Source: Cetobacterium sp. (GTDB lineage Bacteria; Fusobacteriota; Fusobacteriia; Fusobacteriales; Fusobacteriaceae). From it: a stretch of DNA of 64,000 nucleotides. Position numbers and translations under genes: made by a program. The stretch covers positions 1,532 through 65,531 of the forward strand of contig NZ_DBGBQB010000074.1 of NCBI RefSeq assembly GCF_048470075.1, read 5' to 3'. Of this stretch, positions 8,928 through 18,647 are shown in pieces. Under the pieces are notes generated by a model. It made no database searches and was not told where the DNA came from. It saw only the letters and a program-made list of their open reading frames with translations. The first letter of the stretch is position 1; each line of letters starts with the position of its first letter.

Positions 8928-8961
8928 AAAAAAACGGTTTTATTTTAAAAACCGTTTTTTT
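8928..8961. terminator. Bidirectional intrinsic terminator between the convergent ftsZ-like and rluA-family genes
   Basis: AAAAAAACGGTTTT (8928-8941) pairs with AAAACCGTTTTTTT (8948-8961) across a 6-nt loop. An A-tract and a T-tract flank it on both strands. The stem is AT-rich with only 3 GC pairs. Confidence 0.6.
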
Positions 8962-8963
8962 AT

Positions 8964-9830
8964 TTATATTAAATTTTTAGTATACTCTTCAGGCAAAGGC
9001 AACTCTATTTTTATGTTATATTTTGGAATCTCACAATAGTATGAAAATAAAAACATGTTCTTTCCACCTCTACCATATCTTCCATCTCCAACTATTGGGT
9101 GTCCTAAACTTGCCAATTGAACTCTTAACTGATGTGTTCTTCCTGTTTCAAGAGTGGCTTCTAGAATAGTTCTATTTTTCCCTCTCTTTAAAACTTTAAA
9201 GTATGATATACTCTCCTTAGCTCCCTCTTCATAAGAGCTTAACTCCACAACCCTTGTCTCCTCTTTTCTCAGATAGCTCTTTAGAGTAAATCTATCTTTA
9301 TCAATAACTCCATCAACTAATATATAGTATTTTTTATCTGTTTTTCCCTCTCTAACCTCCTCTGCTAACTCTCTAGTTACAACTAGACTTTTTGCACCTA
9401 TTACAAGTCCAGAGGTAGATTTATCAATTCTATTTACAAAGTTAAACTCATCAGTTTGATAAAAACTTTTAAAAAGTTCAGACAGACCATAGTCATATCC
9501 ACTGCCCTTATGCATTACCATACCGGCCTCTTTATTAAATATAACCACTCTTTTATCCTCATAAACAATACCACTTTTTAAAGTGTTTAAATCTTTTGAA
9601 GATATTTTTATAAATTTTTTCTCCTCAGTCTCTCCACCAGAGATTAAAACTTTAACAATATCTCCCTCTTTTAATCTATAGTTTTCTTTAGATTTTTTTC
9701 CATTAACTTTAATCTTTCCAGTTCTAATTCCCTTAAAAATCTCTGTCAATGGAGTATTTTCATATTTTTTTCTCAAAAATCTATCCAATCTAACTTCATG
9801 AAAACTAGAGTCTATAATATATTCCATCAT
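8964..9830 (-). CDS. RluA-family 23S rRNA pseudouridine synthase (RluC/RluD-like) with N-terminal S4 domain
   Basis: The S4 region reads RLDRFLRKKY...GKIKVNGKK. The catalytic region is FVNRIDKSTSGLV. The C-terminal motif is GRTHQLRVQLASLGHPIVGDGRYG. Confidence 0.85.
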   Translation of the reverse strand: MMEYIIDSSFHEVRLDRFLRKKYENTPLTEIFKGIRTGKIKVNGKKSKENYRLKEGDIVKVLISGGETEEKKFIKISSKDLNTLKSGIVYEDKRVVIFNKEAGMVMHKGSGYDYGLSELFKSFYQTDEFNFVNRIDKSTSGLVIGAKSLVVTRELAEEVREGKTDKKYYILVDGVIDKDRFTLKSYLRKEETRVVELSSYEEGAKESISYFKVLKRGKNRTILEATLETGRTHQLRVQLASLGHPIVGDGRYGRGGKNMFLFSYYCEIPKYNIKIELPLPEEYTKNLI

Positions 9831-10933
9831 TACTCCCTATATACATTTATACTCTGAACAATCCCTAACATTGCAAAGGCAAATAGGAAAGAGGTTCCTC
9901 CATAACTCATTAAAAGAAGAGGTAATCCTGTAACAGGCATTATTCCAGTTACCATTCCCACATTTACAACTATATGAAAAAAGAAAATTGCAGATATTCC
10001 ATAGCAAATTAACTTTCCATATCCCTCAGCTTTGTCACCTATTCGCAATATTCCCCATAGAAGTAGAATGTACAGTATCAGTAAAACACAACCGCCAATC
10101 AATCCTCTCTCCTCTAAAAATACCGCTGCTATAAAATCAGTGTGAGACTCTGGTAAAAATCTTAGCTTACTTTGAGTTCCCTGTAAAAATCCCTTTCCAA
10201 AAACTCCACCAGATCCAACTGCAATCATAGATTGAGTAACATTCCAACCACTTCCCAATAGATCAGCTTCTGGATTTAAAAATGTTAATACTCTTTCTCT
10301 TTGATAATCTTTTAATAGGAAAAAATATCCAATCGGTACCATTGATATTCCTACAACTGCTAAAATTATTATAGTTTTCCAATCTATTCCATTTATAAAT
10401 ATCAAAATTAGATATAAAAATATTATAACTAAAGATGTCCCTAAGTCTGGCTGTGCCGCTATTAATATAAATATTGGTAAAACATGAATACTAGTAGCTA
10501 AAACACATTTCAGTCCTGAAAACTTATGATTATACTTAGTGGCCAAGACCTCTGCAAAAGTTAAAACTATAAATAGCTTAGAAAACTCTGAGGGTTGAAT
10601 AGTTATAAATCCTAAATCAATCCATCTTTGAGCTCCCAATCTTTTATCTCCTATCACAAATACCAACAGCAATAGTATCACATTTATCAAATAGATTACT
10701 TTATAGTATTTTCCATACACTTTATAATCTATAAAAGAAAATATAAAGTATGTCAAAACTCCTAGTCCTATCCATGCAATCTCTTTATAAAAAAAAGATG
10801 TTCCCTTATGTACTGTCGCACTATAAACTGTCAATAAACTTATTAGAACAATACACAGGGCAATATATAAAATCATATTTTTCATCTTTTTAATTCTTTT
10901 TATAGTAACTACTAAATCATGATTTTTTCCCAT
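9830..10933 (-). CDS. FtsW/RodA/SpoVE-family peptidoglycan polymerase
   Basis: 367 aa polytopic membrane protein. Motifs are IQPSEFSKLFIVL, AAQPDLGTSLVI, FLPESHTDFIAAVF and GIMPVTGLPLLLMSYGGTS. No adjacent PBP gene is present to separate RodA from FtsW. Confidence 0.85.
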   Translation of the reverse strand: MGKNHDLVVTIKRIKKMKNMILYIALCIVLISLLTVYSATVHKGTSFFYKEIAWIGLGVLTYFIFSFIDYKVYGKYYKVIYLINVILLLLVFVIGDKRLGAQRWIDLGFITIQPSEFSKLFIVLTFAEVLATKYNHKFSGLKCVLATSIHVLPIFILIAAQPDLGTSLVIIFLYLILIFINGIDWKTIIILAVVGISMVPIGYFFLLKDYQRERVLTFLNPEADLLGSGWNVTQSMIAVGSGGVFGKGFLQGTQSKLRFLPESHTDFIAAVFLEERGLIGGCVLLILYILLLWGILRIGDKAEGYGKLICYGISAIFFFHIVVNVGMVTGIMPVTGLPLLLMSYGGTSFLFAFAMLGIVQSINVYRE

Positions 10934-10942
10934 TAACTTCTC

Positions 10943-11383
10943 CTATTTTCCTGTATGACCAAATCCACCTTCAGCCCTTACAGTTGTTGATAATTCGTCA
11001 ACTTTTTCAAACTCCATTCTATAAACTTTTTGAAGAACTAGTTGTCCAATTCTCTCTCCAGGATTTATAACAAACTCCTCAGTGCTTAAATTTATTAATA
11101 TAACTCCAACCTCTCCTCTATAATCTGAATCTATTGTTCCAGGAGTGTTTACCAATGTTATTCCATGCTTTAATGCCAGTCCACTTCTAGGTCTAACCTG
11201 AACCTCATATCCATATGGAATCTCCATCTTTATACCTGTTGGAATTAGTTTTCTTTCCAATGTTTTTAAAGTAACTGGTTCTGAAATATTTGCTTTAACA
11301 TCCATTCCAGCCGCTCCTTCAGTCATATATTTTGGTAATTCCACACCGTTTTCTAGTACTAATTTCACTGTTATTTCTTCCAT
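10943..11383 (-). CDS. dut: dUTP diphosphatase
   Basis: 146 aa. Motifs are GAAGMDV, RPRSGLALKHGI, GTIDSDYRGEV, and a C-terminal GGFGHTG. Confidence 0.92.
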   Translation of the reverse strand: MEEITVKLVLENGVELPKYMTEGAAGMDVKANISEPVTLKTLERKLIPTGIKMEIPYGYEVQVRPRSGLALKHGITLVNTPGTIDSDYRGEVGVILINLSTEEFVINPGERIGQLVLQKVYRMEFEKVDELSTTVRAEGGFGHTGK

Positions 11384-11393
11384 TTTTTCCCCT

Positions 11394-12617
11394 TTATATA
11401 TTTCCTAAAATTGTTTTAGATATATATTTTTCATCAAATATTTTTTTTGCAACTCTTTGGATATCTTCCAGATTGACATTTTCAATCTCATCTATCACAG
11501 TTTCAATATCTCTTACCTCTCCATATACTAGATAAGATCCTGCCATTCTAGACATTTTTCCCTTGCTACTTTCAAGTCCAAAAGTTACCATGCTTAAAAA
11601 CTGATTTTTAGCTCTTTGTAACTCTTTTTCTGTTATTCCATTCTCTCTTATCTCTTTTAACTCATTCTCTATAATTGAGATAACCTCTTTATAATCTTCA
11701 TGTGTTGTACCAGCGTATATTGTGAACAATCCACCCTCATCAAAATTTGAGGTATAAGAGTACACTGAGTATGCCAGCCCTCTTTCCTCTCTGATTTTTT
11801 GGAAAAGTCTAGAGCTCATATTTCCACCTAAGACATTGGATATTACAGACATTGCCACTCTATCATTATCTGTATTTGAAGCTCCCAATGTATTTACACA
11901 AAGATGTACTTGATTTGTTTCCTGATTTATTATTTTTTCACCAGAGTTTATACTCATACTACCGTCATAGAATCTCTTTGTACTTCTATCTTTTAACTGT
12001 CCAATCCCTCTATTTAACTGATTGTATACACTCTCTACATCTATATTTCCTGCAACTGCAATAACGATATTTTCAGGTTTATACATATCATAAAAATATC
12101 TAAGTATTTTTTCTCTGTCTATTCCTTTTAAACTCTCTATTGTCCCTGCAACTTTTTGACTTTGTACACCATTTATAGCAAAATTTAGATTTTCCTCATG
12201 GACAACCTCTTCCGGTATATCTTCATACATTCTTATCTCTTCAATTATAACATTTCTCTCTTTTTCAATATTTTCATCTGTAAATGTAGAGTTTAAAAAC
12301 ATATCATTTAAAATATCAATACCTGTTTCTAAAGTGTTTGATGTCATCTGTATATAGTAAGCCGTTTTTTCAACACTTGTATAGGCATTGATCATTCCGC
12401 CTTGGTTATCTATCTCTTCTGAAATCTCTTTGGCTGAACGATTAGTTGTTCCTTTAAACAGTAGATGCTCTATAAAATGAGAGATTCCCTCTTCACCAGA
12501 TAGTTCATTTTTTACACCAGCTCTTACAAAAAAACCTAAACTAGCTGTATTTATACTCTTTATATCTTCGATTAAAACTGTTATTCCATTATCTAATCTC
12601 TTAGTAATTATGCTCAT
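11394..12617 (-). CDS. M16-family (pitrilysin/insulinase-like) zinc peptidase
   Basis: 407 aa with the inverted zinc motif GISHFIEHLLFKG (HxxEH) near the N-terminus. It has the two-domain M16 length. Confidence 0.85.
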   Translation of the reverse strand: MSIITKRLDNGITVLIEDIKSINTASLGFFVRAGVKNELSGEEGISHFIEHLLFKGTTNRSAKEISEEIDNQGGMINAYTSVEKTAYYIQMTSNTLETGIDILNDMFLNSTFTDENIEKERNVIIEEIRMYEDIPEEVVHEENLNFAINGVQSQKVAGTIESLKGIDREKILRYFYDMYKPENIVIAVAGNIDVESVYNQLNRGIGQLKDRSTKRFYDGSMSINSGEKIINQETNQVHLCVNTLGASNTDNDRVAMSVISNVLGGNMSSRLFQKIREERGLAYSVYSYTSNFDEGGLFTIYAGTTHEDYKEVISIIENELKEIRENGITEKELQRAKNQFLSMVTFGLESSKGKMSRMAGSYLVYGEVRDIETVIDEIENVNLEDIQRVAKKIFDEKYISKTILGNI

Positions 12618-12624
12618 TTTCCTC

Positions 12625-13704
12625 CTAATACTCCGCTCTTCTCATAAAGTATATCCCTAAAGATAAAAATATAATATTTGGTATCCAACCACTTACAAAG
12701 GGATTCAATATCCCATTTACGCTTAATGCTTCAAAAGATGCCTGAACAATATAGTATGAATAACCTAATCCCACACTTAATGCTATACTTATAGCTGAAG
12801 CTCCTCTCACATATCTACTTCCTAAAGATAGCCCTAAAAATGATACTATAAAACTGGCAAAAGGAAATGAATATCTTTTTCCTAAAACAGATAATGGTTC
12901 TTTTACATCTCCACCTGTTATACGAATATCTCTAATAGCCTTAGTTATTTCAGCATTTGTTAATTCATCTGGATCTCCCTGAATTGTTATAAAATCTGCT
13001 GGGGCTTTATTTAACTCTGGATTAGAGTATGTTTTATACGTTTTTTGAGTCTTATTTACCAAATCATTAACAACAGCATTTTCTAATAACCAAGAGTTCT
13101 TACTTGTATCAAATACACCTTTTTTAGCTGTTATAATACTCTCTATTTTTTCAAAACTTTTATCCAGTTTTATTATCTCCATTAAAGTCCCCGTATTTCC
13201 AACTCTATCAACTTGTCTAATATAGTAAACCACATTCTCCTCAGTTCTTAAAAAAGCATTATTTTTAGTTGTTGGTAATACTCTTTCAGATATTTTTCTA
13301 CCTGCCCTTAAAGCTCTGCTTTTTGCTAGAGCCATTGGGTGAACTCTATTCATAACCTGAAAAACTATAATAGATATAAAGAAAGATATGATTATCGGAT
13401 ATCTGACTATTCTTCTAAAACTTATACCTGAAGTTTTTAAAGATATTATCTCTAAATTGGAAGCCATTCTATTTATACACATCAATGATCCCAATAACAC
13501 AGCTAAAGGTGTTACCTCAATAAAAATTTTAGGCAATAGATATAATATATATGTTGCTGATTCAGAAACACTCATTCTTCCAGCTGTTATATATCTTATT
13601 ATTTTAAAAAGTTGACTTAAAATAAAAATATTTATAAAAGCTATTAAACTCAGTAAAAATGACTTTATAAAGTTTTTACTAATATATATATCCAGTTTTT
13701 TCAT
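12625..13704 (-). CDS. lptG: LPS export ABC permease LptG (YjgP/YjgQ family)
   Basis: 359 aa. It has the N-terminal YISKNFIKSFLLSL motif, a large periplasmic loop, and C-terminal TM helices. It is the second gene of the pair and overlaps lptF by 4 nt. Confidence 0.8.
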   Translation of the reverse strand: MKKLDIYISKNFIKSFLLSLIAFINIFILSQLFKIIRYITAGRMSVSESATYILYLLPKIFIEVTPLAVLLGSLMCINRMASNLEIISLKTSGISFRRIVRYPIIISFFISIIVFQVMNRVHPMALAKSRALRAGRKISERVLPTTKNNAFLRTEENVVYYIRQVDRVGNTGTLMEIIKLDKSFEKIESIITAKKGVFDTSKNSWLLENAVVNDLVNKTQKTYKTYSNPELNKAPADFITIQGDPDELTNAEITKAIRDIRITGGDVKEPLSVLGKRYSFPFASFIVSFLGLSLGSRYVRGASAISIALSVGLGYSYYIVQASFEALSVNGILNPFVSGWIPNIIFLSLGIYFMRRAEY

Positions 13705-14780
13705 CTAGCACCACCTGCTTTTTTTCTATATAGTAGAGCTGTTCCACCAAATAATAATAAATTAGGTAACCAAACTCCTACATAAGGCGATACCACTCCT
13801 TTATTTGCCATTACCATTCCCACATTTAAAAATACAATGTAGACAAAAATAACCGCTAAACTTACTCCAAAACTAGCTCCTTTTCCACTTCTATGATGAC
13901 CAATAGATAGTAATACACCTAGCACTGCTAATACAACAGTTGAAAGTGGAATAGCTATTTTTCTATTAATTTCAACTAGATAAGGTATCTTCTCCTCATA
14001 TGTTTTTCCCTTTAAATTGTCAAATAAAGTTGTTATTCCCATGGCTTCAATATCTTTTACATCTATTTTTACCTCTTGGAAATATGAGCTTAAAGGTATT
14101 TTTTTCTGCTTAAATTCACCCTCCAATTTAATTGTTCCATCTGGATTAAAAGTATAAAACTTTGAATCTTCCAACACCATATTAACATTTTTCCAATAAG
14201 CTTTTTCACCTAATAGTATAGTGGGGAAGTTATTTTTATCCTCTTTTTGGAAAATCAATACATTTTTAGCCTCATTGGTTTGTCTATCTATTTTTTCGAT
14301 ATATAGACTATACTCATCAACTTCATCAATCAATATTTTCTCTTTCAATTGGAACACTGGATTTTCATATGCTATCTTCATAGTTATCTCTTCCAATTTG
14401 CTAAATGATCTTGGAATGATACTCTCTTGTAAAAAGAATATAAATACAGTAATAATTGAAGCCAAAATTACTATTGGCTTCAATATATCCTTTAGAGACA
14501 TTCCAATTGAACTCATTGCTGTTGCTTCACTTGTTCTTGTAAACTTAGAAAAAGTTATCATTACACCTAAAAATACACCCATAGGTATCGTTTGAGATAA
14601 AATTGGCGGAAGATAAAAAGATAGTATTCTCAATACATCTATCAAAGATATTCCTTTTACAATTATATTCTCCATAAGAGAAACGATAATTTCTATCAGA
14701 AAAATAAATGTAAACAGGGATATTCCAAATATTATTGGCATTTTTACATCTTCCAATATATATTTTTCAATTATTTTCAT
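13701..14780 (-). CDS. lptF: LPS export ABC permease LptF (YjgP/YjgQ family)
   Basis: 359 aa, starting MKIIEKYILEDVKMPIIFG. Its topology is the same as LptG. It is the first gene of the pair. Confidence 0.8.
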   Translation of the reverse strand: MKIIEKYILEDVKMPIIFGISLFTFIFLIEIIVSLMENIIVKGISLIDVLRILSFYLPPILSQTIPMGVFLGVMITFSKFTRTSEATAMSSIGMSLKDILKPIVILASIITVFIFFLQESIIPRSFSKLEEITMKIAYENPVFQLKEKILIDEVDEYSLYIEKIDRQTNEAKNVLIFQKEDKNNFPTILLGEKAYWKNVNMVLEDSKFYTFNPDGTIKLEGEFKQKKIPLSSYFQEVKIDVKDIEAMGITTLFDNLKGKTYEEKIPYLVEINRKIAIPLSTVVLAVLGVLLSIGHHRSGKGASFGVSLAVIFVYIVFLNVGMVMANKGVVSPYVGVWLPNLLLFGGTALLYRKKAGGAR

Positions 14781-14789
14781 CAGTCTCTC

Positions 14790-15323
14790 CTAAAACATTT
14801 TATTAAAGTATTTTTCAACCAGCTCTTTCCCTTTTATATAGTTTAGCTCTGATTTTAACTCTTTTGGTAAGTATTCCTCTATATAGTGCGATTTATTTAG
14901 AAAAACTTCATTAGTTTTACTGTCTACTCCATATTTTTTTAAAACTGTATATTTTTGAGCAGCATAGTTAAAAATAAATAATATTATTAATGAAATTACA
15001 AGTCCTTTTATAAATCCGAACACTCCACCTAATCCTCTAGATAAAAATCCTTTATTCTGATTTTTTAAAATAATTCCTATAAAAAACATTAAAATAGCAA
15101 TAATGAAATAAGAAGCTATAAATACACCTATATATGCTAATAAGAAGTTACTTTCATTGGTATCGATTGCCAATTTTTCCATCACCATTGGAGTAAATTT
15201 TTGAGCTATTATAAAATCTATAAATATTCCAAATATTGAAAAAAACTGTAATAAAAATCCATCTTTTAATCCTTCAATTACTGCAAATATAAGTATTACT
15301 GCTATTAAAATATCTAAGTACAT
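14790..15323 (-). CDS. cvpA: CvpA-family membrane protein
   Basis: 177 aa, starting MYLDILIAVILIFAVIEGLKDGFLLQ, with four TM segments. Confidence 0.7.
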   Translation of the reverse strand: MYLDILIAVILIFAVIEGLKDGFLLQFFSIFGIFIDFIIAQKFTPMVMEKLAIDTNESNFLLAYIGVFIASYFIIAILMFFIGIILKNQNKGFLSRGLGGVFGFIKGLVISLIILFIFNYAAQKYTVLKKYGVDSKTNEVFLNKSHYIEEYLPKELKSELNYIKGKELVEKYFNKMF

Positions 15324-15340
15324 AATTATTCCCCCTTAAA

Positions 15341-16525
15341 TTAATTATTTACTACTTTAACCCATAAAGCTTTTAAATATAATGTCTCTGGTACATGTAA
15401 AATCCATGGATGATCTTCAGGCTGGTAATTTATACCAATAACTTGTAATAGTTTACCATTTTTTGAAGCGGCCATTCTTGTAACTTCTATTAAATCCTGT
15501 AGACTCATATGGTATGCACATGTTATAACACCTACAATTCCACCGTCCTCTATCAGTTTAAAACTTTCATCACATAGGCTAAAGAACATATCTCTTCCTC
15601 TTGGAACATCAATTTTTTTCTTTATTAATGAAGGTGGGTCCAATGTTATTACATCAAATTTCTCTCCCCTATTAGCCAATATTTTTAGCATTAAGAACGC
15701 GTCTCCTTCAGCCGTTTCAAAGTCATTTGTAAACTCATTTAACTCATAGTTCTCTTTACATAACTCTAAAGCATGTGGTTCCTTGTCAATAGCTACAACT
15801 TTTTTACACCCCTCTTTTAAAGCTGCAACAGAAAATCCACCACTACTTGAGAATACATCTAAAAATCTTGTGTTCTCATTTAAAAATGGTCTTATAAACT
15901 TTCTAGAATCTCTTTGATCTAAGAAAAATCCTGTTTTTTGTCCATCTATTATATCTACATAGTATTTTAATCCATTGTCTTCCATCACTATTCTTTCAGG
16001 AATTTCACCGTAGATTATCCCAGTTTGTTGTTCTACTCCCTCATGAGTTCTGTTCTCAACATCACTTCTTTCATAAATACCTTTTGGTTTCATAACCTTT
16101 TTTATTGCATTTATTATCTCTTGTCTAAAAGCAACCTCTAAACCTGAATTTCTGAATTGTACCGAAACATACTTATCAAACTTATCGATTATTAATCCTG
16201 GAATTCCATCAGCTTCAGAATAAAAAGCTCTTACACAGTTTGTCTCTGCTAAAAGAGGTTTTCTTTTTTCATAGGCTCTTTTTATTTTCTCTAAGATTAA
16301 AGTCTTGTCCACAGGTACATCTTTAGTTGTTAATACTCTAACAAAAGCATTTGTTGACTCAGCCACATATCCTTTTCCAACTATCTCTCCATCTGTTGTA
16401 CAAACCTCTACTATATCTCCATTTGAAACATTTCCAAAAATCTCCTGAATCTCATCTTTAAAAACATTTGGATAAAAATTCCTAATTTTCTTCTCTTTTC
16501 CCTGTTCTAATATTATCTTTGCCAT
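15341..16525 (-). CDS. Class I SAM-dependent rRNA (cytosine-C5) methyltransferase, RlmI/RlmK-like with PUA domain
   Basis: 394 aa. Motifs are ...GDIVEV...GKGY (PUA), QKTGFFLDQRDSR, and VLDVFSSSGGFSVAA...ITLDPPS. Confidence 0.8.
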   Translation of the reverse strand: MAKIILEQGKEKKIRNFYPNVFKDEIQEIFGNVSNGDIVEVCTTDGEIVGKGYVAESTNAFVRVLTTKDVPVDKTLILEKIKRAYEKRKPLLAETNCVRAFYSEADGIPGLIIDKFDKYVSVQFRNSGLEVAFRQEIINAIKKVMKPKGIYERSDVENRTHEGVEQQTGIIYGEIPERIVMEDNGLKYYVDIIDGQKTGFFLDQRDSRKFIRPFLNENTRFLDVFSSSGGFSVAALKEGCKKVVAIDKEPHALELCKENYELNEFTNDFETAEGDAFLMLKILANRGEKFDVITLDPPSLIKKKIDVPRGRDMFFSLCDESFKLIEDGGIVGVITCAYHMSLQDLIEVTRMAASKNGKLLQVIGINYQPEDHPWILHVPETLYLKALWVKVVNN

Positions 16526-16536
16526 TAATCTCTCCT

Positions 16537-17646
16537 TTATAACTTTCCTATTAAACTATTTACCAAGTGCGGTTTTCCCTTTTTTAAGTAAACTCTACTC
16601 ACCCTTCTACTTAATCCTGTAAATAGCTCATAAATTGATGATCCTACCATCTTTGATTTATCAAAGATATCCTCACCCATAACTATTACTTCATCTCCAA
16701 TTTTTACCTTATCTTTAAGTTCTTCTGGTATTTTTACCATTAACATATCCATACAAACTTTTCCAACTATTTTGCACGGTACACCATGTATTTCAACTGT
16801 TCCTCTATTGGAAAGTTCTCTTCTAAAACCATCGGCATAACCCACAGTTATAGTTGCAATTAAATCTTTTTTATATCCTTTACCTACTCTTCCATAAGAT
16901 ATATCTATATCCTCTTTTAGCTCTTTCAAAAAAAGAATTCTACTTTTTAAAGTAAACACTCTCTTTAAATTTTCTATTACTCCCTCTCCATAAACACCAT
17001 ACATAATTATTCCAGCTCTAACTAAGTTACTCTGAGGAATTTCAGAAAATTTTAATATTCCTCCACTATTAAGAATATGGATATATTTTATCTCTTCTAA
17101 TTTTTCAAAATATTTAAATTTTTCCAATTGTTTTTTTGTATAGTCTATTGAATCATTATCCGATTCATCCGAAACTGATAGGTGTGAATATATCCCAACT
17201 ATATCGATATTCTTAGCTTTACATATCTCAATAGCATTTTTTCCCTCTTCCACAGTAAATCCGACCCTACCCATTCCTGTATCCACTTTTATGTGCACTT
17301 TTAATGAAAGTTTATTTTCATGTATATAATCTATCTGAGAAAGGTCAGTCAAAGTAACTTGAAGATTATTCCTTTCAGCATCTTTTAACTCCTCATTAAA
17401 AGTACCTGCTAAAATTAAAATCTCATTATTAATACCACTATTCCTTAGTTCTATCCCCTCTTCTAGAGATGAAACTCCAAATATTTTTACTCCCATCTCT
17501 GAAAGTTCCTTTGCTATTGTGACTGCTCCCATTCCATAGGCATCTGCTTTTATAATTGCCATTATGTCTCTGTCATGAGATAGTTCTTTTATTTTTTTTA
17601 TGTTGTATTCTAAGTTATCTAGATCTATCTCTGCCCACGTTCTCAT
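16537..17646 (-). CDS. alr: Alanine racemase
   Basis: 369 aa. The PLP lysine motif is AIIKADAYGMG. Other motifs are ...HIKVDTGMGRVGF and GYADG. Confidence 0.9.
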   Translation of the reverse strand: MRTWAEIDLDNLEYNIKKIKELSHDRDIMAIIKADAYGMGAVTIAKELSEMGVKIFGVSSLEEGIELRNSGINNEILILAGTFNEELKDAERNNLQVTLTDLSQIDYIHENKLSLKVHIKVDTGMGRVGFTVEEGKNAIEICKAKNIDIVGIYSHLSVSDESDNDSIDYTKKQLEKFKYFEKLEEIKYIHILNSGGILKFSEIPQSNLVRAGIIMYGVYGEGVIENLKRVFTLKSRILFLKELKEDIDISYGRVGKGYKKDLIATITVGYADGFRRELSNRGTVEIHGVPCKIVGKVCMDMLMVKIPEELKDKVKIGDEVIVMGEDIFDKSKMVGSSIYELFTGLSRRVSRVYLKKGKPHLVNSLIGKL

Positions 17647-17680
17647 TTTTTTCCTCCAACCTCTTATTAATAAGTAGATT

Positions 17681-17702
17681 AAGCCACCTATTAAGGTGGC
17701 TT
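17681..17702 (-). terminator. Stem-loop 6 nt after the secF stop; possible partial terminator or attenuator
   Basis: The hairpin is AAGCCACCT-ATTA-AGGTGGCTT, a 9-bp stem. The U-tract is weak in the sense (minus) orientation and good on the plus strand. There is no room for a promoter before alr. Confidence 0.4.
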
Positions 17703-17707
17703 TTGTT

Positions 17708-18643
17708 TTATACTACAATTTTCTCTTCAGGGTGTGAATCATCATTATCATCTTTTTTTGGCTCATATTTGTCATCTCTTTTTTTCTCAAAAAGATATAC
17801 CAATGGTGTTGAAATATATATTGATGAGTAAGTTCCCACTCCAATTCCCACTAAAAGTGTTGTTGTAAATGTTCTTAAACTATCTCCACCAAAAACTAAT
17901 ATTGCAACTAATGCTAATAATGTTGTAACTGAAGTGTTAATTGATCTCACTAAAACTTGATTTAAACTTTTATTTAAAACCTCTCCAAAAGTCATATCTG
18001 ATTTTTTTCTTAGGCTCTCTCTAATTCTATCATATATTATTATCGTATCATTGATAGAGTATCCCAATATTGTCAGTATAGCTGCTATAAAAGGTGTATC
18101 AACTTCATAACCTAATAGAGCTATAACTCCCAATGCCGCTGTAACATCATGTAATAGAGTTAAAATTCCAGCTATAGCAAACTTAAACTCATATCTCATT
18201 GTTATGTATAAAACTATCAATAATCCACCAATTGTTAAAGCATATATAGCTGATGTTTTTAACTCTTCACCTATTGTAGCTCCAACTTTTTCTGCTCTTT
18301 CTAATTTATACTCACCTAATGTCTGAAGTTTAGTTAATAACTCCTCTGTCTCTTTATCACTCATTTCAGCAGTTCTTATTATAACATTATTATCACTTTG
18401 AGATACCTGAACTTTTCTAGCTGTTGATGTTAATTGTGGTATCTCTATGGCCAAAGAATCCAACTCTTTATTTATATCTGCCAAAGTTATATTCTTAGAG
18501 TAATTTAACTGAATTAAACTTCCACCTGTAAAGTCTATTCCATAATTCAATCCTTTTACTAAAAACATTCCTAGGAATATTATAAAAGATATTGTTGATA
18601 ATGTTACCCATTTTTTACTGTGTTTTATTACCTCAATATACAT
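17708..18643 (-). CDS. secF: Protein translocase subunit SecF
   Basis: 311 aa. Motifs are GIDFTGGSLIQL and YDRIRE. It has 6 TM segments and follows secD. Confidence 0.9.
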   Translation of the reverse strand: MYIEVIKHSKKWVTLSTISFIIFLGMFLVKGLNYGIDFTGGSLIQLNYSKNITLADINKELDSLAIEIPQLTSTARKVQVSQSDNNVIIRTAEMSDKETEELLTKLQTLGEYKLERAEKVGATIGEELKTSAIYALTIGGLLIVLYITMRYEFKFAIAGILTLLHDVTAALGVIALLGYEVDTPFIAAILTILGYSINDTIIIYDRIRESLRKKSDMTFGEVLNKSLNQVLVRSINTSVTTLLALVAILVFGGDSLRTFTTTLLVGIGVGTYSSIYISTPLVYLFEKKRDDKYEPKKDDNDDSHPEEKIVV

Positions 18644-18647
18644 TTAC